Position numbers and translations under genes: made by a program. Below, one piece after another: positions 1 to 8,216 of a stretch of 32,000 bases of DNA. The notes beneath the pieces were generated by a model that saw only the letters and a program-made list of their open reading frames with translations, was not told the origin of the DNA and did no database searches. The number at the start of each line of letters is the position of its first letter. Positions within the stretch are counted from its first letter, which is position 1. The DNA is taken from assembly GCA_964536865.1 (NCBI GenBank), contig CAZHYN010000009.1, forward strand, positions 1 through 32,000, given 5' to 3'. The stretch is from an uncultured Planctomycetia bacterium. GTDB lineage: Bacteria > Omnitrophota > Gorgyraeia > Duberdicusellales > 4484-171.

Positions 1-193
1 AGACATCGATAGGTCCTGTCTTTTGAGTGCACATTATTTTAGAAGGACACTTTTGAGGGGGGAAGCTTCTTACAAATTTAAGATAAGGATTTTGGGGAAT
101 CTTTTTTAACTCCTCTATCTGCTCTACTAACTCTGTTTTTAACTTCCCGTTTAACCCCAGAGGTTAAAAACACTATCTCATTTAACAAAAATT

Positions 194-1168
194 CTAAAAG
201 ATAGTATCCTCAAGAATTCTCAAGACTTCCTCTACTCTTATTTGTGAAACCTGAGGCTTCTCAATTACAATATGGTCCTTGCCCCAAGGCCCCCAGCGTT
301 GGGAAGACTGAGAAGGCTTAGTATTCCCAAAAAGAACTACAGTCTTAACACCTACACAACAAGCCAGATGAACTGACCCGCTATCATTAGAGATTAAGAG
401 TTTAGCATACTTCAAAATTCCAGCTAATTGAAGAAGGCTGGTCTTACCTATTAAATTTAGAACTCCTCTCTCTTTGAGGCTATTAAAAAGGTTTCCTCTT
501 TCCTGGTCTTCGCTTGAGCCTGTTACAACCACCCTTATACCTTTGGACAACTTTTCTGCTAACTCCAGAAAATTTTTAAGAGGCCATTCTTTTAAAGGAT
601 TACTACAAAAGGGAGAAATTACAATATAATTTTTAGGCTCAAGAGTTTGGGAGTTAAGAAAATTCCGGGTCTTCTTTAATTCTTCTTGAGGAAGCTCTAT
701 CCTCAAAGATAAATCTTCGGTATAGGCACCTATCTCCCTAACTAACTGAAGATTGTATTCTACTTCATGGAGTCTGCCCTGATCTTTTTCATCCTTAATC
801 TTTCTGTTCAATAAAAACCCCCATTTTCTATGGTAACCTAACCTAAGAGGTATCCTTGAAAGGAAAGAAATTAGGTGAGCTTCTTTTGTTGGATTGAATA
901 TTACTGCCAAGTCAAATTTCTTCTTTCTTAAGAAATTGGAAAAAAAGATAATCTCCCTTAAGGTATGTTTTTGATTCGGCCAGGATACAATCTCATCTAT
1001 CTGGGGGCTACATTTGGCTAACTCTTTAAGGTAGGGATTAACTACACAAGTTATCTGGGCAGAGAAAGTCTCTCTCAAAGCCCTTAATGCAGGGATAATT
1101 AGCAAAAACTCACCCAGTCTATCGTTCCTGAAGGCTAAAATCTTCCTTATCCTAAAAGATTTCCTCAA
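194..1168 (-). CDS. Glycosyltransferase family 9 (ADP-heptose:LPS heptosyltransferase-like)
   Basis: 324-aa ORF. The N-terminus KILAFRNDRLGEFLLIIPALRAL fits the GT9 pattern (KILIIR..LGD...P.L..L). NDSGSVHLA near the C-terminus matches the GT9 NDSGxMHLA motif. The only start available is TTG at 1168, preceded by GAAAGGTAGG. Confidence 0.8.
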   Translation of the reverse strand: MRKSFRIRKILAFRNDRLGEFLLIIPALRALRETFSAQITCVVNPYLKELAKCSPQIDEIVSWPNQKHTLREIIFFSNFLRKKKFDLAVIFNPTKEAHLISFLSRIPLRLGYHRKWGFLLNRKIKDEKDQGRLHEVEYNLQLVREIGAYTEDLSLRIELPQEELKKTRNFLNSQTLEPKNYIVISPFCSNPLKEWPLKNFLELAEKLSKGIRVVVTGSSEDQERGNLFNSLKERGVLNLIGKTSLLQLAGILKYAKLLISNDSGSVHLACCVGVKTVVLFGNTKPSQSSQRWGPWGKDHIVIEKPQVSQIRVEEVLRILEDTIF

Positions 1169-1404
1169 TACCTACCTTTCTAATTATTTCATAATTTCAT
1201 GAAATTTGGAAATAGCCCCAAAGAGACTCAAATCAGGTCTTTCCAATAAAGGGGAACAATCTTATCTTGTGCTCTTTAGGATAAATCCAAAAATAAATCC
1301 CAAAGAGCCTCAATATCCGCCAATCTTCAAATTTAGATCTATAATACCAAGGTTTAGAAAAAAGATTAAATTTAGACTCCAAGCCTGTAGATATGTGATA
1401 AATT

Positions 1405-2282
1405 TTAAACCTCATTAAAACTCTCTAAATCATAACCCATTATTTTAAACATCTCTCTTAGCCTGTGTCGGTAAGTATGGTATCTATTTACTAACTCAAA
1501 ACCTTTCAAGGCAATCTTTTCTCTATCTTCTCTATTCTGTAAGTAATGATCAATCTTTTGCTTCATCTCCTTTAAAATATCATCAAAGACTATAATATTT
1601 TCTCCCTCTTTGAAAATCTCACTAAACCCATTATTCTTAATCCTGTAAGTTATAACTAAACTTCCTGCAGACATTGCTTCAAAGATCCTGGCATTTATAT
1701 CATTATTTATAGGATAATTTACCACAATCCTGGATTTAGAATAGTAGTCTCTTAATTCTGTATAATGAGCCCTGCCAATAAAGATATTCCAGTAGTTAAT
1801 TTTTAAAATCTCTAAAACCACTTTTCTTAAACTGTATTTTCCAGTAGTACCAATAAAACAGATATCCCACTTTTATTCTCCTCTTGAGGAAAGCTAAACT
1901 CGGAAGGCACCTCATCTGTAGCCCAGGGGACCCAGAAGGTTTTCTTTCCTGTATCTTTAAATAACTTCTTGCATCCTTCTTTCTGCATACAGAAAACAAA
2001 ATCATAGTTTTTAACTTTATTTTTTATCTTTTTATAGGGCTTGGGCAGGTGTGTATCGGCAATCCACCAACAGGAAGGATGAAGATGAAAAGGAAAATCT
2101 TGAGTATAATCTCCATCATCAATTCTAAAATATAAATCAAAACCTCCCTTTATTTTCTGAATTTCTTTTAAATCAAATTGAGCAATTTCTAAATTTTTGT
2201 AAGTTTCCAAAATCTTCTGGCAACGTTCACCTAATCCTACTCTTTGATTTCGATTGTAAATTAAGGCTATATTTCTCTCCAT
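1405..2282 (-). pseudogene. CgeB-family (Glyco_trans_1_2/DUF3880-like) glycosyltransferase split by a 1-nt frameshift
   Basis: Two adjacent ORFs: 1827-2282 (N-terminal half, ATG MERNIALIY...) and 1405-1821 (C-terminal half). The C-terminal half (SRIVVNYP..NARIFEAMSAGSLVI..FDD...YHTYRHRL) matches the CgeB-type C-terminal domain. Reading the C-terminal frame upstream gives KWDICFIGTTGKYSLRK directly after a stop. Adding one A to the A4 run (plus-strand TTTT 1871-1874) joins ...PQEENK to KWDICFIG. Confidence 0.75.
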
Positions 2283-2596
2283 TTTAAATTCAAAATAAAA
2301 GCAGAAACAAGCGCACCTGCACAATTTGCTAAAAAGTCAAAAAACGAAACATCCCTTATAGGAACAGGGATTTGCACTATCTCCATCAGAATCCCATAAA
2401 GAATAGCAAATACTACTGATTTAGAAAGAGAAAAACCATTCCACCAAAATAAAAAAGTTAAACAAAAATAAATAAAAAAATGAACGATTTTATCTGTTCC
2501 TTTAACCGGGGAGGGATTTTTTACAGGAAGAATTTGAAATATAAAAACAGCTATTAAGGCAGTTATAAGGATAACTCTTCTATAACTTTTATCCAT
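2267..2596 (-). CDS. VanZ-like membrane protein
   Basis: 109-aa ORF with about 4 hydrophobic helices and the DKxxHFxxY signature (DKIVHFFIYF) typical of VanZ-like proteins. ATG start. Lies 4 nt downstream of the preceding ORF. Confidence 0.65.
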   Translation of the reverse strand: MDKSYRRVILITALIAVFIFQILPVKNPSPVKGTDKIVHFFIYFCLTFLFWWNGFSLSKSVVFAILYGILMEIVQIPVPIRDVSFFDFLANCAGALVSAFILNLKWREI

Positions 2597-2600
2597 AAAA

Positions 2601-2828
2601 TCAGAGTTTGTTCTTTCTATCTTTAATTTTGCGAAAGGGTTTCAAAGTATGATTTATAAAACAATTATATTCAGAAAGAAAAATTATAAAACGATCTATA
2701 TCTATCCTGTCTTTAACAATAAAAGGATTGTATTGGTTTTCTGATATTTTTCTTAAATCAGCTTTAAAAGTAGAAGCTCGAGCAAATTTCCCCAATTCCT
2801 TTTTTTCTTCTTCACTCAGCTTTGCCAT
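2601..2828 (-). CDS. Hypothetical small protein (75 aa)
   Basis: ATG-initiated ORF packed 4 nt upstream of the VanZ-like gene and preceded by a promoter-like sequence. I recognise no family. Confidence 0.45.
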   Translation of the reverse strand: MAKLSEEEKKELGKFARASTFKADLRKISENQYNPFIVKDRIDIDRFIIFLSEYNCFINHTLKPFRKIKDRKNKL

Positions 2829-2883
2829 ATTTTAATTTTAATTTCTAAAACTGTTTTAAAATCCATACTTTTTTGTATTTCTT

Positions 2884-2912
2884 ATTATTCTTTTTTTAAT
2901 CTTACCTGTCAA
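2884..2912 (-). promoter_or_regulatory. Sigma70-like promoter candidate (TTGACA-N17-AATAAT) upstream of the 75-aa ORF
   Basis: On the minus strand, TTGACA is at 2912-2907, followed by a 17-nt spacer and AATAAT at 2889-2884. AT-rich DNA produces many -10-like hexamers, so confidence is modest. Confidence 0.35.
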
Positions 2913-2932
2913 GAAAAATCTCCCCACCTTTA

Positions 2933-3110
2933 ACATATCCACCTTTAACACACCCGACGGGTGTGATTGATTTTAATATAGTACTCTTTTCATGTAAGCT
3001 TGCGCAAATTTAAGTTTTTAAAATTGAAAGTTACAAGTAAGACTTATTTTTTACAAGTTATTCCTATATTTCTTAGCTCAACCTCATAGGTTAAATGGAC
3101 TTTCGCTTTT
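2933..3110 (-). repeat. Hairpin-rich intergenic repeat, copy A
   Basis: Homologous end-to-end with 4287-4484. It shares ACA(T/C)ATCC..TTTAACACACCC-N3-GGGTGTG(A/G)TTG(A/G)TT (hairpin 2949-2965), CTTTTCAT, a TGTAAG...CTTACA long hairpin region, and the terminal hairpin TCAACCTCATAGGTTAA (3078-3094). The last 11 codons and the stop of the GT4 gene lie inside the repeat. Confidence 0.6.
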
Positions 3111-4256
3111 AGATAAAAGACAAAGTCTATAAACATCCAGTGTCTTTTGAGCAGTAAGTTTCCAGTCAAAAAATTTTAATCTTTCTTTACCTTTCTTTAC
3201 CAGCTCTTTTTTTAAATTTTTATCCTCTATAATTTTTTTCATAACAACAGCGAACTCTTTATGATTAAAAGAATCTATCAGATAACCTGCTTTATCTGCC
3301 ACTTCTGGAATAGCACCTACTTTAGAGCTAACTACAGGAACCTCTGAAAAGAAAGCCTCTAAAATCGGCAGGCAAAAACCTTCATATAAAGAAGGAATCA
3401 GACAAAGCTGAGCATTAGATAACAAAATTTTAAATTCTGGAGTCGAAAGATAACCTGTAATTATCACTTTCTCTTGCAATTTATTTTTTCTTATGGTCTC
3501 TACTAGCTGTTTGTAATAAATATTTTCTTCTTCAAAAATACCTGTAAATACCAAATAAAAATCACAGCCTGAAATTTCCAAAAATTCTTTAAAAACCTCT
3601 AAAGCAAATAACGGATTTTTTCTTTTATGATTTATCCCTATAGGGTCTATAATGTAATTTCTATTTTTAAGCCTGTATTTTCCCAAAATCTCTTCTTCAG
3701 AATCTTTACTTATAGGTGCTTTCTTAAACTCTTCATCTAAACCTAAATAAATCACTTTTATTTTCCCCTCTTTTACTTTACAAATTCTAACAATATCCTC
3801 TTTACTTTTATAAGAAACAGCAATTATCCTATCAGCTAAACGAGCAGAAACAAACTGGCGAAATTTATACTTTATTTCTTTTCTTTTGTTTTTAAATTCC
3901 CTCACAATCCAAGGAGCTAAATCATGAATAGTTAAAACATAAGGACATTTTTTAAAAAACGGAAGACCCATATTCCAAGTAGAATGATAAAGATTTATCT
4001 TTAGCTCTTTCAATTTTTCAGGCAAAAACTTAGATATCCATTTTTTCTTCTCTTTTTTTGAACCCGCAAATATGATTTCTTTTACTCTTGAGGAAGCGAA
4101 ATAATCTTTATATTCATCCAAAATTTTTGCATCCGAAAATAAAAAAAATTCCAAATCTTTTCCTACTTCTAAAAGATTTTTAACTAAATTAGAAACATAC
4201 ACTGATATTCCACATCGGGGATAGGCTAAAATTCTTGCATCTATAGCTATTCTCAT
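3084..4256 (-). CDS. Glycosyltransferase family 4 (GT-B, Glycos_transf_1)
   Basis: 390-aa ORF. It has the typical GT4 N-terminus MRIAIDARIL....GISVY and the E-x7-E region SLYEGFCLPILEAF. Confidence 0.85.
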   Translation of the reverse strand: MRIAIDARILAYPRCGISVYVSNLVKNLLEVGKDLEFFLFSDAKILDEYKDYFASSRVKEIIFAGSKKEKKKWISKFLPEKLKELKINLYHSTWNMGLPFFKKCPYVLTIHDLAPWIVREFKNKRKEIKYKFRQFVSARLADRIIAVSYKSKEDIVRICKVKEGKIKVIYLGLDEEFKKAPISKDSEEEILGKYRLKNRNYIIDPIGINHKRKNPLFALEVFKEFLEISGCDFYLVFTGIFEEENIYYKQLVETIRKNKLQEKVIITGYLSTPEFKILLSNAQLCLIPSLYEGFCLPILEAFFSEVPVVSSKVGAIPEVADKAGYLIDSFNHKEFAVVMKKIIEDKNLKKELVKKGKERLKFFDWKLTAQKTLDVYRLCLLSKSESPFNL

Positions 4257-4286
4257 TTAGATATCTGGAATCTTAATGTATTTTTT

Positions 4287-4484
4287 ACACATCCTTTTAA
4301 CACACCCCGCGGGTGTGGTTGGTTGAATAACTTTTCATCGTTTATGCAGAGATAATAACTTACACATAAACTCACGGTCGTGAATTTATATGTAAGTTAT
4401 ATTTTTAAGATAAAGGCTTTGTTTTTGTAAATTATTTCTAAATTTTTTAGTTCAACCTCGTAGGTTGAATGGGTTTTTCTTTGG
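4287..4484 (-). repeat. Hairpin-rich intergenic repeat, copy B
   Basis: Three hairpins: CACACCC-CGC-GGGTGTG at 4301-4317, a 46-nt hairpin at 4355-4400 (16-bp stem plus inner TCAC/GTGA), and TTCAACCT-CGT-AGGTTGAA at 4451-4469. The single mismatch in the long stem is C.A on the plus strand, which is G.U on the minus strand. Confidence 0.6.
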
Positions 4485-4486
4485 TG

Positions 4487-5275
4487 TCAAGTTAACTTTC
4501 TCTCCCTCAACGCTTTCTCCCAAATCTTAAGCCACCTAATTTGAGGACCAATCACATTAAGAATACTCCAAGCAAGTCCATACATTCCATCTTTATACCC
4601 TTTCTTTTTTACATATAGTTTCCAAAATAGTTTTAAAGACTTCCAGGTAAGGCGATATCGTATTTCTCGAAATGACACGCTATCTCTGCTTTTAACAAAT
4701 TCCTCTGCTTCTATTTCTGTATAGAAATTACCGGTGGAGATTACTTCTTTAATATTATCAAAAGCAAAGTGAACAATCTCTGCCTCTGTTTTTCCGACCT
4801 TCCCTTTAACTATAAGTGTTTCATGAACCTTTCCTTTATAATAAGCAAAACCTTTTTTAAAAATTCTTGTGTCCCAACTATAAGCTCCACAGTATTTGAG
4901 AGAGTATCCTAAAAAAACATTTTTTCTCTTCAATTGAAAAGCTACAAAACTGGTATTTCCATTCAAAGCATCCTCTATCTTCTTCTTAGTCTCTTCAGAA
5001 AGCCATTCGTCAGGAGCAAGATGAAAAATCCACCTACCTTTTGCTTTTTCTGTTCCTAAGTTTCTTTGGAAAGAAAAGTCATTATTCAAAGAATGTACTA
5101 TTATCTTACACTGAAATTCATCACATATTTTTAATGTCTCTTTGTCACTACAATCGTCCACTATCACTATCTCATCCGCCCAATTCTTTAAACAACTTAA
5201 ACATTTCCTTAATTCTTCTTTTTCATTTTTAGTAAGTACAACTACAGAAAGACCTTCTTTAATCTTCCCACTCAT
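4487..5275 (-). CDS. Glycosyltransferase family 2
   Basis: 262-aa [21 protein letters not shown]...[13 protein letters not shown] is the canonical GT2 N-terminal/DxD region. Confidence 0.85.
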   Translation of the reverse strand: MSGKIKEGLSVVVLTKNEKEELRKCLSCLKNWADEIVIVDDCSDKETLKICDEFQCKIIVHSLNNDFSFQRNLGTEKAKGRWIFHLAPDEWLSEETKKKIEDALNGNTSFVAFQLKRKNVFLGYSLKYCGAYSWDTRIFKKGFAYYKGKVHETLIVKGKVGKTEAEIVHFAFDNIKEVISTGNFYTEIEAEEFVKSRDSVSFREIRYRLTWKSLKLFWKLYVKKKGYKDGMYGLAWSILNVIGPQIRWLKIWEKALRERKLT

Positions 5276-5894
5276 ATACTCTTTTAAAGTAACCTTTAAT
5301 ACATTTAAGGTCTTTTATTTTTTTTACAGGTTTTGCGGGATTTCCCCTTACCACCATTTCAGAAAGTACATTTTTAGTAACCACTGAACCTGCGCCTACC
5401 AAGGAAGATGTTCCTATGGTTATCCCTGGCAAAATAGTAGAGTTTGCTCCAATTTTTGCCTTTTTCTCCACCTTAGCACCTTTTACACACTCTTTAAATT
5501 TAGGACAGGGAGGATGTAAGTCGTCAGTGAATACTGCATGGGGTCCTATAAAAACATCCTCTTCAATAATACAATACTCTAAAAAACATCCTGTATGAAT
5601 TCTAACATTGTTCCCTACTCTATTTCCAGGTTCAAGAACAGCATTAGTACCTATACTTACATTCTTTCCTATAATGTTGTCTTCTCTAATAGTGACCCCC
5701 TGTCCACAGCTAAAATTATCTCCTATTTGGACTCCTTCATAAATTACTGTAAAAGGCCTTATTATACTATTCTTGCCTATTATAGTCTGGAAAGTAGGTC
5801 TTAACTTACCTTGAGAGGGAAAACCTATAATTACAGGGGGGATTAACTTAGTTCCTTTTCCTATCTTTACGTTAGCAAAGATTTTATTTTTCAT
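5259..5894 (-). CDS. Hexapeptide-repeat (left-handed beta-helix) sugar N-acyl/acetyltransferase, WbpD/WlbB-like
   Basis: 211-aa ORF with repeated [LIV]G-x4 hexapeptides ([25 protein letters not shown]...[25 protein letters not shown]). It has an ATGA overlap with the upstream oxidoreductase gene. Confidence 0.8.
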   Translation of the reverse strand: MKNKIFANVKIGKGTKLIPPVIIGFPSQGKLRPTFQTIIGKNSIIRPFTVIYEGVQIGDNFSCGQGVTIREDNIIGKNVSIGTNAVLEPGNRVGNNVRIHTGCFLEYCIIEEDVFIGPHAVFTDDLHPPCPKFKECVKGAKVEKKAKIGANSTILPGITIGTSSLVGAGSVVTKNVLSEMVVRGNPAKPVKKIKDLKCIKGYFKRVYEWED

Positions 5895-6910
5895 TTTAAC
5901 TTAATCATTTTACCCTTATTTTTTAAAGAATTATTAACGGCCTTCAAGATTTTCACAACCTCAAGAACAGTCGTTGCAGATGTTAGAGGAATCTTTCCAT
6001 TAATAATACAATCTATAAAATGTTCACATTCCAAATATAAAGGTTCGGTAAGCTCCACCTTAGGAGAAATAGTATCTCCGAATCTATAAAGCATTTTAAA
6101 TTCACCATAATCTTTATAGTAAGGAATTTTATCTACTTTTCTTTGAAATATTTTTATAGGCTCTTCAGTATTTAAATCATCATAAACTACCATTTCCTTA
6201 TCCCCCACAACTGTAATTCTTCTTATTTTTAAAGGGTCTATCCAACTTAAATGGATATGCGCAATAAGTTCTTCAGGATAGTAAAGATTAATAAAAGCTA
6301 CATCTTCTATACCTTTATGATAGTGAGAACTTCCTGTAGCACTAACAGCTGAAGGGGTTTTATCTAATAGGTAAGTTATTATAGACACATCATGAGGCCC
6401 TAAATCTAAAACTACATTTATATCCTTTTGAAATAGGCCTAAGTTTACTCTTATCGAATTAATGTACAAGATTTTCCCTAACTTCTTTTTAGAAATTATT
6501 TCCTTCAATTTCCTTATACCAGGAGCGAAAAGATAGGTATATCCTACCATTATTATTCGTTTATTTTTAGATGCTAACTTTATTAATAAATCTGCTTCAT
6601 AGGTATTTTCAGCAAAAGGCTTCTCTACTAAAATATGCTTACCATGATCAATTGCTTCTTTAGTCAAAATATAATGTGTAGAAGGAGGGGTAGCTATAGC
6701 TATCGCTTCTATTCGTGGATCTTTTAGAATTTTTTTATAATCAGTAGTTACTTCCAGATAAGGATAGAGATTTTTAATCCATCTAAGGCGTCTCTTGTCT
6801 AAATCACATACACAACTTACATTTGTTCTTTTTACTCTAAGAAAATTTCTTACCAAATTAGGTCCCCAATATCCACATCCAATTACTGCAACATTAATCT
6901 TTCTTCCCAT
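5891..6910 (-). CDS. Gfo/Idh/MocA-family NAD(P) oxidoreductase (WbpB/WlbA-like sugar-nucleotide dehydrogenase)
   Basis: 339-aa ORF. Rossmann N-terminus [19 protein letters not shown] and the family EKP motif (HILVEKPF). It is paired with the acetyltransferase, as in 2,3-diacetamido-sugar pathways. No aminotransferase is present in the window. Confidence 0.85.
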   Translation of the reverse strand: MGRKINVAVIGCGYWGPNLVRNFLRVKRTNVSCVCDLDKRRLRWIKNLYPYLEVTTDYKKILKDPRIEAIAIATPPSTHYILTKEAIDHGKHILVEKPFAENTYEADLLIKLASKNKRIIMVGYTYLFAPGIRKLKEIISKKKLGKILYINSIRVNLGLFQKDINVVLDLGPHDVSIITYLLDKTPSAVSATGSSHYHKGIEDVAFINLYYPEELIAHIHLSWIDPLKIRRITVVGDKEMVVYDDLNTEEPIKIFQRKVDKIPYYKDYGEFKMLYRFGDTISPKVELTEPLYLECEHFIDCIINGKIPLTSATTVLEVVKILKAVNNSLKNKGKMIKLK

Positions 6911-8189
6911 AATCTCCCTTTAAAGATAAATCCAATCCTCTTAAACTGATACCTAAACTTGCCCAAAAAAATATTCCTAAATCCCAACCTCCATTTATTG
7001 TAGCTTCTTTTAAATCATTTATAAAAAATGTTAAACAAATAAAGAAAAAGCTAAGGATATAAATATTTCTGTCTATATCCCGTATATTAATAAGAAACAA
7101 ACTCATCTTTCTTAAATAGATAAAGACTATTAAAATGAAAGGGATGAACCCTACGATTCCTGTCTCTAAAAAAATATTAAGATAAGCATTGTGCGCATCA
7201 CCTTTAAAAGAGGTAACAAAAGGGGCTCGGTACAAACCTACTCCAAACAAGGGATGTGTAATTATTAATGAAATAGACTCCTCCCATATCACATCTCTTC
7301 CTCCTAAAAAAGCATTCCCTTCAAAAAATGTATCTATCCTTTTTCTAACTCCGGAAGATAAATTATAAGCAAGTAAGAAGGCAAAAAATATTATAAAAAT
7401 GAAAAACAGGAAATTCATTAACACTTTCTTATTTCTAAACTTTTTATTAAACCAGGCTATAAGAAAAAAAATTATGAAAAAGGACATAGCAAATGCTCCC
7501 CAAGCCCCTCGAGCAAGAGAAAAAATAAGTGAGAAGAAGCTTAGTAGCAATAAAACAACAATCAATATTTTACAATAGATATTTTGCTTAGAAAAAACAA
7601 GAAAACAAGCAAGCATTACTGAAACAGCAGCTGCGTAGGCGCCCAACTGAGTATACCACCCAAAAGGACCTAAAAGAGCTACGGAAGAATTCCCTGCTAT
7701 TTCCTTCGCTACTTTATATTTATTTATAAAATCAAAGCCTGTAAAATATTGAAATAAAACATCAATGCCGACAATACTAACCCCTATTAATAGACTAAAG
7801 AACAGAAACTTAATATCTTTCATCTTATTTATACAAAAAGCGCACACAAAGGGAAGAATAAGAAAGAGAGAGAATCTATAAAAGAACAACTTTTGAGAAT
7901 AATAAAAATCTGTGCTAAAAAAAAGAGAAATAAAAACTCCCACAAAAAAAAGAGACAGAAGTTTCCATAAAGAGGGTAATATTATCTTTTCTTTTTTCAA
8001 GAAATAACAATAAAGTATTGAAAAAAACCATAAAATCACCGCTGATTTTAAGAAAAATAAAGTTCCTTTCTTACTAAAAGGACAAAAAATTAATACCATT
8101 CCTAAACAAAAAAGAATAATTTTTTTTACAATTTTTGAAGAAATTAATAACTCTTTTTGTAGCATTTTCATAGTGAATAATGATATCAT
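6894..8189 (-). CDS. O-antigen ligase/polymerase family membrane protein (Wzy_C-like)
   Basis: Protein of about 430 aa with more than 10 hydrophobic helices. It has the SLARGAWGAF motif resembling the Wzy_C SRGAW signature. The ORF track starts at a TTG (8198); the first ATG is at 8189. Confidence 0.7.
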   Translation of the reverse strand: MISLFTMKMLQKELLISSKIVKKIILFCLGMVLIFCPFSKKGTLFFLKSAVILWFFSILYCYFLKKEKIILPSLWKLLSLFFVGVFISLFFSTDFYYSQKLFFYRFSLFLILPFVCAFCINKMKDIKFLFFSLLIGVSIVGIDVLFQYFTGFDFINKYKVAKEIAGNSSVALLGPFGWYTQLGAYAAAVSVMLACFLVFSKQNIYCKILIVVLLLLSFFSLIFSLARGAWGAFAMSFFIIFFLIAWFNKKFRNKKVLMNFLFFIFIIFFAFLLAYNLSSGVRKRIDTFFEGNAFLGGRDVIWEESISLIITHPLFGVGLYRAPFVTSFKGDAHNAYLNIFLETGIVGFIPFILIVFIYLRKMSLFLINIRDIDRNIYILSFFFICLTFFINDLKEATINGGWDLGIFFWASLGISLRGLDLSLKGDYGKKD

Positions 8190-8216
8190 AAAAAACAAAA
8201 AATAAAACCTTATTCT

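Noticed and set aside
1-193. Open minus-strand frame running off the left edge (…ELVEQIEELKKIPQNPYLKFVRSFPPQKCPSKIMCTQKTGPIDV) and a 7-bp hairpin TTTAACC/GGTTAAA at ~152-170.
   Set aside because: There is no convincing start codon or recognisable family, and the fragment is too short to call. The hairpin lacks a U-tract on either strand, so it is not a convincing intrinsic terminator.
1206-1418. Overlapping 70-aa (+) and 60-aa (-) ORFs in the 1169-1404 gap between the CgeB-like pseudogene and the GT9 gene.
   Set aside because: I recognise neither protein. The two ORFs occupy the same DNA on opposite strands, so at most one is real. The minus-strand one (1233-1415) could be a small gene or a decayed gene remnant, but I cannot support either reading from sequence alone.
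4451-4480. The hairpin TTCAACCT-CGT-AGGTTGAA followed by TGGGTTTTTCTTT looks like a plus-strand rho-independent terminator. A similar case is at 3078-3110.
   Set aside because: There are no plus-strand genes to terminate. On the coding (minus) strand the hairpin is followed by an A-run, not a U-run. I therefore treat it as part of the repeat element, not as a terminator.
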